DNA of 64,000 nt from an uncultured bacterium. GTDB lineage: Bacteria > Armatimonadota > Abditibacteriia > Abditibacteriales > Abditibacteriaceae. The stretch is from the NCBI GenBank assembly GCA_963843795.1, contig CAWJLW010000006.1, forward strand, positions 1,426,001 through 1,490,000, written 5' to 3'. This document shows positions 19,490 to 31,050 of the stretch, in pieces. Made by a program: the position numbers and the translations under genes. Every line of letters begins with the position of its first letter. Positions within the stretch are counted from its first letter, which is position 1. The notes under the pieces were generated by a model. That model was not told the DNA's origin and did not search any database. It saw only the letters and a program-made list of their open reading frames with translations.

Positions 19490-19562
19490 TCGGCCGATTT
19501 ATCGCGGCGTAGTCTTATGCACGATGATTTGGCGATTCCATAATTAACAGGAGAATTAAATT

Positions 19563-19783
19563 ATGTCAGTCGTAAAAATCATCAAAGTCATTGGCCAATC
19601 GACCGAATTCGTTCGACGATGCGGTGAAAAGTGCCGTGAAGGAAGCGACCGAAAAATTTGCGCAACGTCAAGAGCTTTCAAGTCGATGAAATGTCGGGCG
19701 AAATCAGCGATGGCAATGTCACCAAATTTCGCGCTGCGGTGGAAATCGCTTTTGTCGTGGAAGATAAAGACAGCGCCGCTTAA
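19563..19783 (+). pseudogene. Dodecin family protein with two apparent +1 insertions
   Basis: AGGAG RBS; corrected read MSVVKIIKVIGQSTE/SFDDAVKSAVKEATEK/LRNVKSFQVDEMSGEISDGNVTKFRAAVEIAFVVEDKDSAA*. Confidence 0.8.
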
Positions 19784-19796
19784 ATTTCAAGCACGA

Positions 19797-19830
19797 AAAA
19801 CGCCCCCGCAAGCACTTGCAGGGGCGTTTT
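19797..19830. terminator. Bidirectional terminator with variant core GCAAGCACTTGC
   Basis: AAAACGCCCCC-GCAAGCACTTGC-AGGGGCGTTTT between convergent genes. Confidence 0.7.
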
Positions 19831-19845
19831 GCTGTGTCGGTTGCA

Positions 19846-20265
19846 TTATTCGAGATCGAATTCGATGCCGCCCATCCAACCAGCGACCACGTTGTAAAGA
19901 AACGCCCAGATGACAGCACCAATGCCGCCGCCGAGACCGTAAAGGATAATGCCGAAAATGTAGCCAACAATACCGCCGCCAAAAGCGGCTCCGGCTCGGT
20001 TAGCACCCGGCATAGCGCTCATTATAGCGCCCATTAGAAAAATCATTGGCAAGCCGATGACTGCCCACGTCAACGCGCTGGTTACCGCGCCAATTTTAAA
20101 AGCCGAACCCGGATCAATGCGCTTCAACACGCGGCGACCCGATATGCGCTGCATTTCGTAGCTGCCCGTGGGATTGGGCAACGGCGCGCCGTATTGCGGC
20201 GCGGATTGGACAGGTTGGGGCATTCCCGTGGGACGCTCGGAACCGAAGCCTTCTGGCGATTGCAT
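19846..20265 (-). CDS. DUF3566-like membrane protein
   Basis: AAGGAG RBS; RRVLKRIDPGSAFKIG, TM helices, LYNVVAGWMGGIEFDLE. Confidence 0.7.
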   Translation of the reverse strand: MQSPEGFGSERPTGMPQPVQSAPQYGAPLPNPTGSYEMQRISGRRVLKRIDPGSAFKIGAVTSALTWAVIGLPMIFLMGAIMSAMPGANRAGAAFGGGIVGYIFGIILYGLGGGIGAVIWAFLYNVVAGWMGGIEFDLE

Positions 20266-20402
20266 AATGTTCTCCTTTGAATCGTGCGTTGCTGGCTCGT
20301 TCGACGCGCACTATTGCGCGACTACGCCTCATTATAACTGCTTTTTACGCCTAAAAACCCCGAAAATCAAGAAATTTTGCCTCCCAATTTTGCCAATTCG
20401 CC

Positions 20403-20431
20403 TTGACGAATTGTTTCAAGTTCTTTATAAT
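20403..20431 (+). promoter_or_regulatory. Sigma70-type promoter of groESL
   Basis: TTGACG-17 bp-TATAAT. Confidence 0.9.
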
Positions 20432-20442
20432 CTTGTTGCAGA

Positions 20443-20469
20443 TTAGCACTCGGCAGTTGAGAGTGCTAA
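20443..20469 (+). promoter_or_regulatory. CIRCE element (HrcA operator)
   Basis: Perfect TTAGCACTC-N9-GAGTGCTAA upstream of groES. Confidence 0.98.
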
Positions 20470-20501
20470 CGAAAAACCACACATTTCAGGAGGGTTTAGA
20501 T

Positions 20502-20795
20502 ATGGCGAGCATCAAACCGTTGGGCGACAAAGTCTTGGTTCAGCCCAGCAGCAGCACAGAAACCACATCGGGTGGCATCGTATTGCCGGATTCGGCCAAA
20601 GAGCGTCCGCAGGAAGGCACCGTGAAAGCGGTTGGGCCGGGTCGCACTCTGGACAGCGGCGAGCGAGTTGAATTGGGCGTCAAAGAAGGCGACCTGGTCA
20701 TTTACTCGAAATACGGTGGCACTGAAGTCAAATTGGACGGCGTCGAATATCTGATTCTGGACGAAAGCAGCTTGTTGGCCGTTAAAGAAGGCTAA
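20502..20795 (+). CDS. groES: Co-chaperonin GroES
   Basis: [44 protein letters not shown]. Confidence 0.98.
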   Translation: MASIKPLGDKVLVQPSSSTETTSGGIVLPDSAKERPQEGTVKAVGPGRTLDSGERVELGVKEGDLVIYSKYGGTEVKLDGVEYLILDESSLLAVKEG

Positions 20796-20896
20796 ATAAC
20801 GGCGCGATGAACTCGCGTTCAGAACTTTCACTCTGCAAGTACTTGCAACAGCAATTGTAACTTGCGGATATAAAAATTACATTAAAGAGGTACTAA

Positions 20897-22534
<1,638 letters not shown>

Positions 22535-22563
22535 TTCGCCCGTTCGCTAAAAGGCCAAACATT

Positions 22564-22601
22564 CAAAACGCGCCCTGCAAGTACTTGCAGGGCGCGTTTT
22601 G
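22564..22601 (+). terminator. 38-bp perfect palindrome / groEL terminator
   Basis: CAAAACGCGCCC-TGCAAGTACTTGCA-GGGCGCGTTTTG. Confidence 0.85.
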
Positions 22602-22842
22602 TGGTTTGTCGACTCAATAAATTACGCAAATTTCGCCATTTTTCGCCATTGTAGGATATTTCCGATTGGAAATCGACGATTTCGATTCGATTGCGAGTCG
22701 CTTGCGTTTGGGCGTCCTCTAATTTATCAATTGAATGGGTGAGCGAAATATCGCATTGATAGTGTGTTGTAAGTACTTACAAATCACTACAATCGCTCTC
22801 GCTGTGATAATTCCGATATTCAATTTGAAACGGAAAACCAAA

Positions 22843-24387
22843 ATGAAAAGACGCCAATTTTTACAAGTAGCCGGCAGTGTTGCGACTTTAGGATTGCTGG
22901 CAAAGTGGTCGTTGGCTGAAGCCGCCCTAAGGGAGAAAATGGAAAAACCGAACATCGTTTTTATTCTGGCCGATGATTTGGGCTACACCGATTTGGGCTG
23001 TTACGGCAGCAGTTTTTACGATACGCCGCATCTGGATGCGCTGGCCAAACAGGGTGCGCTTTTCACGAGTGCTTATGCCGCGTGTCCGGTGTGTTCGCCC
23101 ACGCGCGCTTCTTTAATGACCGGACAATATCCGCAGCGCACCGGCATTACCGATTATATTGGGGCGCCGCAGCCAGAAAATTGGAAGCCCAACACTCAAC
23201 TGTTGCCCGCGCCGTATCACGAGCAGCTCGATCTGGAAAAAGTGACGATTACTGAAATGCTGAAAGAGCAGGGATATGCGACTGCATTTTTTGGCAAGTG
23301 GCATCTCGGACCGTTGGGGCACTGGCCCGAAGATCAGGGATTTGATATTAACAAAGGCGGCATTGATCGCGGCGGGCCGTATGGCGGCGGCAAATATTTT
23401 TCGCCCTACGATAATCCACGCCTGCCCGATGGCCCTAAAGGCGAACATTTGCCCGACCGTTTGGCGAGCGAAGTTTGTCAGTTCATGGAAGATAATCGCG
23501 ACCAGCCGTTTCTCGCTTACTTTTCTTTCTATTCGGTTCACACGCCCCTCATGGCGCGACCCGACTTGGAAGAAAAATATAAAAAACGCCGCGAAGAGCG
23601 CGGTCTGCAAACCCAATGGGGCCACGATGGCACGCGCGATGTGCGCGAAAGTCAGGATCACGCGGTTTACGCGAGCATGGTCGAAGCGATGGACGCGGCA
23701 GCGGGTAAAGTTTTGGCGAAGTTAGAAGAACTTGGATTATCCGAGAACACTATCGTGATATTTACCAGCGATAACGGCGGTTTATCGACCAGCGAAGGTT
23801 GGCCAACTTCGAATTTGCCGTTGCGGGGTGGCAAAGGCTGGCTTTATGAAGGTGGCATCCGCGAGCCGCTGCTCATTCGCTGGCCCGGAGTGACAAAAGC
23901 AGGTTCTCGCTACGATTTACCGGTTATCAGTCCCGATTTCTTCACAACCTTTATGTCCGTTGTCGGCGCGGCAGTGCCACCGGATCAGCCGCTTGATGGC
24001 ATCAATTTAAAACCGATTTTGCAAGGCCACGCTGTCGCGCAGCGCTCTTTGTTCTGGGATTATCCGCATTACGGCAATCAGGGCGGTGCGCCCGGTGCAG
24101 CAGTGCGTTTGGGCGATTGGAAACTGATCGAATGGTATGAGGCCGGAAAAATTGAACTGTTCAATCTGGCGACCGATATTGGAGAGCACAATGATCTGGC
24201 TGCAAAAGAGCCGGAACGGGTTCAGAAAATGCTGGCTATGTTGCACGATTGGCAAAAGCAAGTGGGGGCGAAAAAAGCCACGCCCAATCCCAATTACGAC
24301 CCGACAAAACGCAACGGCCGCTTCGGCGGACGTCCCGTCGAACTGCGAGGTAAGGGGCCGGAAAATTTGGAAACCGAACGCATTTAA
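22843..24387 (+). CDS. Cys-type (formylglycine) sulfatase with Tat signal
   Basis: MKRRQFLQ Tat motif, ILADDLG, CSPTR, GKWHLG, FTSDNG, YEGGIR. Confidence 0.95.
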   Translation: MKRRQFLQVAGSVATLGLLAKWSLAEAALREKMEKPNIVFILADDLGYTDLGCYGSSFYDTPHLDALAKQGALFTSAYAACPVCSPTRASLMTGQYPQRTGITDYIGAPQPENWKPNTQLLPAPYHEQLDLEKVTITEMLKEQGYATAFFGKWHLGPLGHWPEDQGFDINKGGIDRGGPYGGGKYFSPYDNPRLPDGPKGEHLPDRLASEVCQFMEDNRDQPFLAYFSFYSVHTPLMARPDLEEKYKKRREERGLQTQWGHDGTRDVRESQDHAVYASMVEAMDAAAGKVLAKLEELGLSENTIVIFTSDNGGLSTSEGWPTSNLPLRGGKGWLYEGGIREPLLIRWPGVTKAGSRYDLPVISPDFFTTFMSVVGAAVPPDQPLDGINLKPILQGHAVAQRSLFWDYPHYGNQGGAPGAAVRLGDWKLIEWYEAGKIELFNLATDIGEHNDLAAKEPERVQKMLAMLHDWQKQVGAKKATPNPNYDPTKRNGRFGGRPVELRGKGPENLETERI

Positions 24388-24398
24388 TGAACGACACC

Positions 24399-24451
24399 AA
24401 CGCAAAACGCCCTGCAAGTACTGCGCAAGCACTTGCAGGGCGTTTTGCGTT
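24399..24451. terminator. Bidirectional hairpin with duplicated core
   Basis: 21-bp perfect arms AACGCAAAACGCCCTGCAAGT / ACTTGCAGGGCGTTTTGCGTT, 11-nt loop, between convergent genes. Confidence 0.8.
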
Positions 24452-24475
24452 TCAAAAGTTTGAACTGTTCGGCGC

Positions 24476-27223
24476 TCAATCCATCTTTTTAGTGAGCGCC
24501 AGGTCGATGCGACGCAACGCGTCGGCAAAGAAAAGGCGTGTCATCGCGTCGGGCGAGCTTTTGCGCGGAGCGGATAATTGCGCTTTAAGCGCGCGCAGGT
24601 CGGCGCCCGCCAAAAGAATCGCATCGTCGGGCGTACCGGGACGTTTTTCGATTACAGTATCGACCAAAATTTGCAAATGCTGACGGGCCAAATCGCGCTG
24701 CAAGGTGGTGTAAACGGTCGCGGGCGCCAGTGGGCCCCAGATGGCTTTGCGCAGCGATAGGTAAAGCTCCGACATCGACAGAGTTTGGCTGGGAAACTTC
24801 CATTGTGTGTTGGACATACGATCCAAACGCGCAGGTGCCAGCAAACTATTTAAAATTCCGCTGCGCAAATTGGCGATATCGTCGCGAATCGGGAAAGCCT
24901 CATCGGCAAACGAGTCCTGGCGATCAAAAGGGTCAATCGCGGTTTTGGTTAAATATCGCGTCGGAATCTGAAAGGCATTGGGCGCGAAAATTTCTGTGTT
25001 AATCAGTTGTAATGCGCGACGCTGCTGCGAAAGCGGAACCGGCGTGAAAGGCTGGTTGGGATTTTTATCGCCTTGCACCACGCGGCGCACGCGCGCTCCA
25101 CCCACGAAACGAACCGCCAGATTCGCGTCGCGCCCTTTCGAGCGAATCAAAGAACGCAAGCGGCTGGTGAAACGCTCATAGCCTTCACTGGGTTTAGGTT
25201 CGTTCTTGTCCAGAGTAGCCAGCAATTTGCGCGAGACACCGAACGACGTTTCGATGTAAGTCAGCGGTTCTGAAGACAAATCGTAGCGCACGATGGTCGG
25301 GTCGTAATCATCGGCTTGATCATCCGAACTGTAAGCGTGGCCCGGCAAATAAGATAGACCCGCGATTTTGTTCAGTTCGGCTTTCTCACCAGCTGGCGAA
25401 GGCGCTGCAATGGGCGTGTAGCCATAGCGAATCGCCCAGTAATCATAGGTGCCCGGCCCGGTGGCGAATAAGTTAGCGCCAGTTTTTAAACCAAACACGT
25501 TGAAGCCCACATAATCCATCACTGAAGACGAAATGCCGCGCGCAGCCACTAGTTTCGGATCGGCTAATGTAGCAGGCGAGTGGAACAGCGAACCCATGAA
25601 ATTATGCCGCAAGCCCAGAATATGGCCGAATTCGTGAGCAACAGTTGCAAAAAGCAGTTGGTTGACATATTTCTCGTCGTCAAAGCGCGGATCGCTGAAC
25701 TGAGCGGTAATTTCGCAGGCTTCGCCTCCCATTCTAAGAGCGGTGATTTCGTTAGTTCCCAGAACTGGATTCACGGTGTCAATTTTTTGGCGGAACCCGA
25801 CGCGCGCCCAATTGGCATCGACTGTGATTGAAGCATTGATAATCTGACCAGTCATCGGATTTTCGCGCAGTAAAGCGACCGCATAAGCCGAGCCGCTCGA
25901 TGGCGAGGACGCGTTCCAGCGCAGCGTATTGAATCGCATATCGGCGTGATCGTAACCAGCGACATCTTTGGCGTCTTTGACCACAACAGCGTTGATAAAG
26001 CCCAGCCGTTCAAAAGGTTTGTTCCACGATAGCAGCGCGCTGCGCATCACCTGATGATAGCGGCTGGGGATGGTTTCATCCAGCACAAAAACAATTGGCT
26101 GCACGGGAGCTGACACACGCGCTGAGGGATCAGCTTTTTGCAGATGCCAGCGATTGATATAAATAACCCGCGCATCGGCTTTGGCTTCATCATCGAAAGT
26201 CTGGAATCCGGCGCGTCCTGCTGAAAGCTGACCGTTGACGAAAAAGCCGACGCGCGGGTCGGCCAATCGGGGTTGATAGCCATTTTTCTCCGGCAAGCCA
26301 TAAAGATTAAATACGACTTGCAGTGGCAGTGAGCGCGCATCGGCCAACGCATCGTTGTTTTGACCGGTGCCCTGTCCAACCCGTTTGTAATGGTAATTGG
26401 CTTCCACGACCATGTTCAGCGGGAAGTTCTTCAGCGATTTGACGAAGTTGAGTTTCGGGTCGAGTGCATAAGACGTGCGCGGCGGGCCAGCACCGGGCGG
26501 CGCGGCAAATGCCGTATCGAGGCCGGTGATTGAACCATCGAAAAACGAAGTGAAATCGATTAGAACTGTGCCATTTTCCTTAGACTCCGCCATGATGGGA
26601 TATACATCGAGATACGCATCGGGAAAGTCGCGCGCGACGGCAATTTTTAAATTCGGATCAGTCGAGCGATACCACAGGTTCGGGACGGTCACAACCAGAC
26701 GGTTATCGGGCGTTTTTGTCCATTTCCAGACCACGTCCTGCGAAGGTCGACCCGCAGCGACCAAGCCCGCTGCGCCGGTTTCATAAGTTGATTGCAGTAG
26801 AAAAAGCGGGCCGATTTGCGACTCGCGAATTTCGGCCAACAGGCTTTGTTTGTTGTTGGCGACTTTGCGGTACAGCGTGAAAATGCCATCGACTTTGTCA
26901 TAACCCTTGACCAGTTCTTCGATAGTTTTGGGCTTGGCTTCGGGCTTCTCGATCGGCTTGGCAACAGGTGTTGGAATTGGTGTCGGACCGACTTTATTGT
27001 CGCCATCTTTGGAACCCGGTGTATCGCTGCCCGGTTCGGCAGGAACAGGCGGATCGCCCGGTTTTGGATCGCCCGGTTTTGGGGTCGGTGGATCGTCGGG
27101 TTTGGGCGCGGGTGGAACCGGGCCGGGCGGCACGGGAGGAACAGGCTTGGGGTCGACCTGGGCACTCGCGGGCGCAATCAATAAAAACGACAGCAGCAAG
27201 GGACGAAAAAACCGTAGTATCAT
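24476..27223 (-). CDS. Secreted zinc-dependent metalloprotease (EcxA / DUF5117-DUF4953-like)
   Basis: Signal peptide, Pro-rich linker, PRLADPRVGFF, HEFGHILGLRHNF, SSVMDY. Confidence 0.9.
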   Translation of the reverse strand: MILRFFRPLLLSFLLIAPASAQVDPKPVPPVPPGPVPPAPKPDDPPTPKPGDPKPGDPPVPAEPGSDTPGSKDGDNKVGPTPIPTPVAKPIEKPEAKPKTIEELVKGYDKVDGIFTLYRKVANNKQSLLAEIRESQIGPLFLLQSTYETGAAGLVAAGRPSQDVVWKWTKTPDNRLVVTVPNLWYRSTDPNLKIAVARDFPDAYLDVYPIMAESKENGTVLIDFTSFFDGSITGLDTAFAAPPGAGPPRTSYALDPKLNFVKSLKNFPLNMVVEANYHYKRVGQGTGQNNDALADARSLPLQVVFNLYGLPEKNGYQPRLADPRVGFFVNGQLSAGRAGFQTFDDEAKADARVIYINRWHLQKADPSARVSAPVQPIVFVLDETIPSRYHQVMRSALLSWNKPFERLGFINAVVVKDAKDVAGYDHADMRFNTLRWNASSPSSGSAYAVALLRENPMTGQIINASITVDANWARVGFRQKIDTVNPVLGTNEITALRMGGEACEITAQFSDPRFDDEKYVNQLLFATVAHEFGHILGLRHNFMGSLFHSPATLADPKLVAARGISSSVMDYVGFNVFGLKTGANLFATGPGTYDYWAIRYGYTPIAAPSPAGEKAELNKIAGLSYLPGHAYSSDDQADDYDPTIVRYDLSSEPLTYIETSFGVSRKLLATLDKNEPKPSEGYERFTSRLRSLIRSKGRDANLAVRFVGGARVRRVVQGDKNPNQPFTPVPLSQQRRALQLINTEIFAPNAFQIPTRYLTKTAIDPFDRQDSFADEAFPIRDDIANLRSGILNSLLAPARLDRMSNTQWKFPSQTLSMSELYLSLRKAIWGPLAPATVYTTLQRDLARQHLQILVDTVIEKRPGTPDDAILLAGADLRALKAQLSAPRKSSPDAMTRLFFADALRRIDLALTKKMD

Positions 27224-27534
27224 GAGCAAACTTAGAAACGTCGCAACCACCAAGAGTTCCGGACGAAAACAGGACTAAATCTCAATAGAGAAAATAGAAA
27301 ATTATCGAATTTTACTTTGTTGTAAAAGTTGAGTGACAACGAAATTAAATCAGTAACTAAAACGAAATATTTGATGCGCCAATGAAGCGTATTCCACTGC
27401 CAATTGCTCTCAAATTTTTACCCGCGCTGAATTTCAGCAGAAAATCGATTTCAGAAAAAATCTTCCCCTATTTCAAATTTTACTGTCAAATACTTGCCGT
27501 GCCCTTGTAAAACGCGTTTCAGGTCGCGATAATG

Positions 27535-28944
27535 TCAAAATTCAATCAACGCGGTTTCACTTTGATCGCGCAACAACTTTTCCTCGCGCGTTGAAGCCGA
27601 AAATAATAAAGCCGCTTTCTCGTTGGCCGCGCGCTCCATCGCGGGAATTGCGATAAAGACCAAATCTCCAGCGATTTTTGTCTGCACTCCTCGTGGCGCA
27701 CCCGCAAGTACTTGCAGCGCGCCTTGGCGCTGTGCAAGTACTTGCACACGCTGCGCGCGCGCTTTGCCACCGATAATTGTGTGCAACTGCCATTCGTAAA
27801 TTGTGCCCGGATGGGGCGCTCCATCGAGATACATCGCCAATTTCCAAATTTTCCCGGATAGCTCAACCGATAAACCGCGCATATCGGTGCCTGCTGGTGC
27901 GCGCGGCGCGGTATCCGCTTTTTCATCGCTCAGAAGCAGATTGCCCCTTATAGCCGAACTTTTCACCGCACCGAATAGCTCATTGCGCCGCACAAAGGCA
28001 CGCAAATAATGGGGCGTAAATAACAATTGACTGCCATATTCTTCCAGTGCACGCCGCTTTTGTTCTTCAACGCTCGCGCTGAGGTTCAGCGAGCGCCATT
28101 CCGTGTTCTGTTGCATTTGCGCCTGAGGCGGCACTAAGCGCGCTTGGGGATGCAAACCGTGCGGCAGCGGCCACACGCCGTGATGAATCAAAAAGCCCAT
28201 AACGCCCGATTTGCGTGCCCACGCCGCGCTTTTGTCTTGTGCAAGTACTTGCAGCGCGGCTTGCGCATAGGCGTAAGCGGCCCAATGATCGACGTGCGTG
28301 TCGGCGGGATGCGTAGTCAAAACCAAAGTTGGCCGAAACGCCCGCATTTCGCGCACGATGTCAGATAGCATTTGCGCGCCGCGATAAGTTGCATGGGGCG
28401 TCGGAGAAGTCGGGTAGGGCGAATGATTGAGTCTGGTAGTTAAGGAAGTGTAAGTCGCGGGCCAGTTTTCCCACATTGTTTTGAGGCCGCCATCGGGATA
28501 GCCCAGAAACACGATGTCTTGTCGTTGCACACCCAACTGAGCGAGCGCACGCACGGCTTCGCGCTGTCGCATTTTCGCCATTTCGACATACGAATGACGG
28601 CGCAAATAGTGGAAATTTTCGCCAATGATGGTAGCACCCGACCCATCGCCATTGGTACAAAAAACGATGCGCACGCGCGCGCCGCTTTTCACAGCTTGGG
28701 CAATCGCGCCGCCCGCGCCCAAAGTTTCGTCGTCTAAATGCGGCGAAAGTACTAAAACGCGAGCCGTTTTTTGTATTGGCGAGAAAGTCTTTAATGGAAT
28801 GTTTTGTTGTGCGCTATCGGCGCGAATTAAAGTCGCAACACGCCTCGCGCCCGGCCAAAACCACCACGCGACAATCGCGCACGCAAAAAGTGCGCACGCG
28901 ATAATCGGTCTGGATCTGGTTTTTGTAGTGTTTGTTCTATGCAC
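27535..28944 (-). CDS. PIG-L family deacetylase, membrane-anchored
   Basis: SPHLDDE, TNGDG, RQREA, LGYPDG, DTHVDH. Confidence 0.88.
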   Translation of the reverse strand: MHRTNTTKTRSRPIIACALFACAIVAWWFWPGARRVATLIRADSAQQNIPLKTFSPIQKTARVLVLSPHLDDETLGAGGAIAQAVKSGARVRIVFCTNGDGSGATIIGENFHYLRRHSYVEMAKMRQREAVRALAQLGVQRQDIVFLGYPDGGLKTMWENWPATYTSLTTRLNHSPYPTSPTPHATYRGAQMLSDIVREMRAFRPTLVLTTHPADTHVDHWAAYAYAQAALQVLAQDKSAAWARKSGVMGFLIHHGVWPLPHGLHPQARLVPPQAQMQQNTEWRSLNLSASVEEQKRRALEEYGSQLLFTPHYLRAFVRRNELFGAVKSSAIRGNLLLSDEKADTAPRAPAGTDMRGLSVELSGKIWKLAMYLDGAPHPGTIYEWQLHTIIGGKARAQRVQVLAQRQGALQVLAGAPRGVQTKIAGDLVFIAIPAMERAANEKAALLFSASTREEKLLRDQSETALIEF

Positions 28945-28959
28945 TTTTTTCTACGAGAG

Positions 28960-30972
28960 TCATTTATTATTGACAGTCACGCCTGGCCAATCGTCGGTGC
29001 GAAATGGGACGGCGGGCAGATTCGCGGCGTTGGTCAAATTGACGTCGGGATTGTTGGCCCATCCATAACGAACTGCGACCGGTGCAAGTACTTGCGGCGC
29101 AGAAACCACCACGCTGTTGCCTTCAATTTTAGCATCGGCCCACACCCATTTTTTATCGACTCCACTAATGGCGAAACCTTTCAAGTCTCCGTCGGTTGTC
29201 TTCAAGCCTTGCGCATGCGTAAAGTTCAAACGAATTTTGTTGCCCTCGATTTTCATCGATTGGAAATCTGGCCCTGAAAACTCAAATTTTTGTCCGTAAG
29301 TTGTGGCCAATGCCGTTAAAGCCAAACGTTTGCCGACATCTTGTTTGTTGCGCGGATGAATATCGTTGGCATCGCCAATATCAATTGCAGAAGCCAGACC
29401 CACGTTCGGCAATTTCTGCGCGGTTAAACGCTGCGCTTCGCGGAGTTCGGCCCAATCCGATTCGCCCGGATTTTGCGGGCGCGGCGTGAAGTTGGCGAGT
29501 TGCACGATATGAAAAGCGAAATTGCCCTGCTTCCACTGCGTGCGCCAATCTTGGATCATCGTCGGCAGTAAGGCGCGATATTGATAAGCGCGGCTCGCGT
29601 TGCTTTCGCCTTGATACCAGATCGCGCCCTTGATTCCATAAGGCACCAGAGGCGCGATCATCGCGTTGTAAAGTACGGTGGGAACGTTTGGATTTTGCGA
29701 CATTGCTGCGGGCATCGGGCTGAGGTTTTTTAGTTCGGTGCTGGCGCGATATTTCCAATCACCTGCCAGCGCCAACGAACTCTCGTCGCTTTCCAACTTC
29801 ATCGCCGACGCCGCGCCATAAATGCCGCCACCGTAGCCTCCATCATAAACGCGCACTGCAATCACGTTGCGTCCCGCTTTCAAAACGCCAACGGGAACTT
29901 CATAATCGCGCGGCGTAGAGTAAGAATCCAAACCACCGACGCGAACGCCATTGACCCAAGTTGTGTCACGGTCATCAATCGGACCCAGATGCAGCGTGGC
30001 CGCTTTGCCGTTCCAACTTTGCGGCAGGTCGATTTCGCGCCGAAACCACACCACGCCATCGAAATCGGGCAGGCCACCGTTTTCCCAGTTTTGCGGTAGC
30101 GCCATCGTTTTCCAATCGCTGTCGCGTGCAGCGCTGCTGGCCCACACATCGTTCACCGATCCCTCATCGTTTTTCGCCCACCACTCCTGCGTTTGGGCAT
30201 CGACACCGGGCGGCAAACCGCGATTCTTCAAATTGGCGGTTTCCATTTCCAGCACGCGCGCTTTGAAATCGGGTAGCGTCTTGAGCGCACTCGCACTTGT
30301 CCACGCTTCGGCGATAGTTCCACCCCACGAAGAATGAATCAGGCCGATTGGAACTTTTAATTCGCGGTGTAACTCGCGCCCGAAAAAATAGCCAACTGCA
30401 GAAAATCCACCCACACTTTGCGGACTGCACACCTGCCAGCCAATTCCGGTGGAAGCGGGCAGCATTTCGCGCGCTTCGTTGTCAGTTTCATTGGGCACGC
30501 TGAAAAGGCGAATTTCGGGAAAGTTAGCGTCGGCGATTTCCTGCGCGCCGTTATTGGCGCTTCCGACATTGAAGCCCATGTTCGATTGTCCCGAACACAG
30601 CCAGACATCGCCTATCATGACGTTTTTAAAAGTCGCTGTTGGTGGCCCGCTCACAGATAGCGTATACGGCCCGCCCGCTTCAAGCGGTTTGAGATACGCT
30701 GTCCACTTACCATCTTTGCCCGCGCGTACCGAAGTCGAAAGCGCGATAGCGCGCGGTTTCTTATTTTTCGCATTGTCTTGCGTTCCAGTGAGGTCGACGC
30801 GCACTTTTTGTCCGGGCGCGGCCCAACCCCAAACGGGAATTTTGAGGTCGCGCTGTAAAACCATATTGTCGCTGAAGAGATTGCTGACAAATGGCCGATC
30901 TTTGGGTGAGGCTTGAAGGCTCTGAAAACTCGCAAAAAACACAATCACTGAAGTGGTAAGAACAATTTTCAT
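28960..30972 (-). CDS. Sialate O-acetylesterase (SGNH) with inserted sugar-binding domain
   Basis: NMVLQRD, CSGQSNM, SAVGYFF, WGGT, WYQGESN, DIHPRNK. Confidence 0.93.
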   Translation of the reverse strand: MKIVLTTSVIVFFASFQSLQASPKDRPFVSNLFSDNMVLQRDLKIPVWGWAAPGQKVRVDLTGTQDNAKNKKPRAIALSTSVRAGKDGKWTAYLKPLEAGGPYTLSVSGPPTATFKNVMIGDVWLCSGQSNMGFNVGSANNGAQEIADANFPEIRLFSVPNETDNEAREMLPASTGIGWQVCSPQSVGGFSAVGYFFGRELHRELKVPIGLIHSSWGGTIAEAWTSASALKTLPDFKARVLEMETANLKNRGLPPGVDAQTQEWWAKNDEGSVNDVWASSAARDSDWKTMALPQNWENGGLPDFDGVVWFRREIDLPQSWNGKAATLHLGPIDDRDTTWVNGVRVGGLDSYSTPRDYEVPVGVLKAGRNVIAVRVYDGGYGGGIYGAASAMKLESDESSLALAGDWKYRASTELKNLSPMPAAMSQNPNVPTVLYNAMIAPLVPYGIKGAIWYQGESNASRAYQYRALLPTMIQDWRTQWKQGNFAFHIVQLANFTPRPQNPGESDWAELREAQRLTAQKLPNVGLASAIDIGDANDIHPRNKQDVGKRLALTALATTYGQKFEFSGPDFQSMKIEGNKIRLNFTHAQGLKTTDGDLKGFAISGVDKKWVWADAKIEGNSVVVSAPQVLAPVAVRYGWANNPDVNLTNAANLPAVPFRTDDWPGVTVNNK

Positions 30973-30984
30973 GAACGTTTAAGA

Positions 30985-31050
30985 CACCTGCAAGTACTTG
31001 CAGGTGCGTTTTGGGTCCAAATGGTGTTGCAAGTACTTGCAACACCATTT
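30985..31050. repeat. Two adjacent core palindromes with different arms (22 bp and 32 bp)
   Basis: CACC-TGCAAGTACTTGCA-GGTG (30985-31006) and AAATGGTGT-TGCAAGTACTTGCA-ACACCATTT (31019-31050). Confidence 0.95.
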
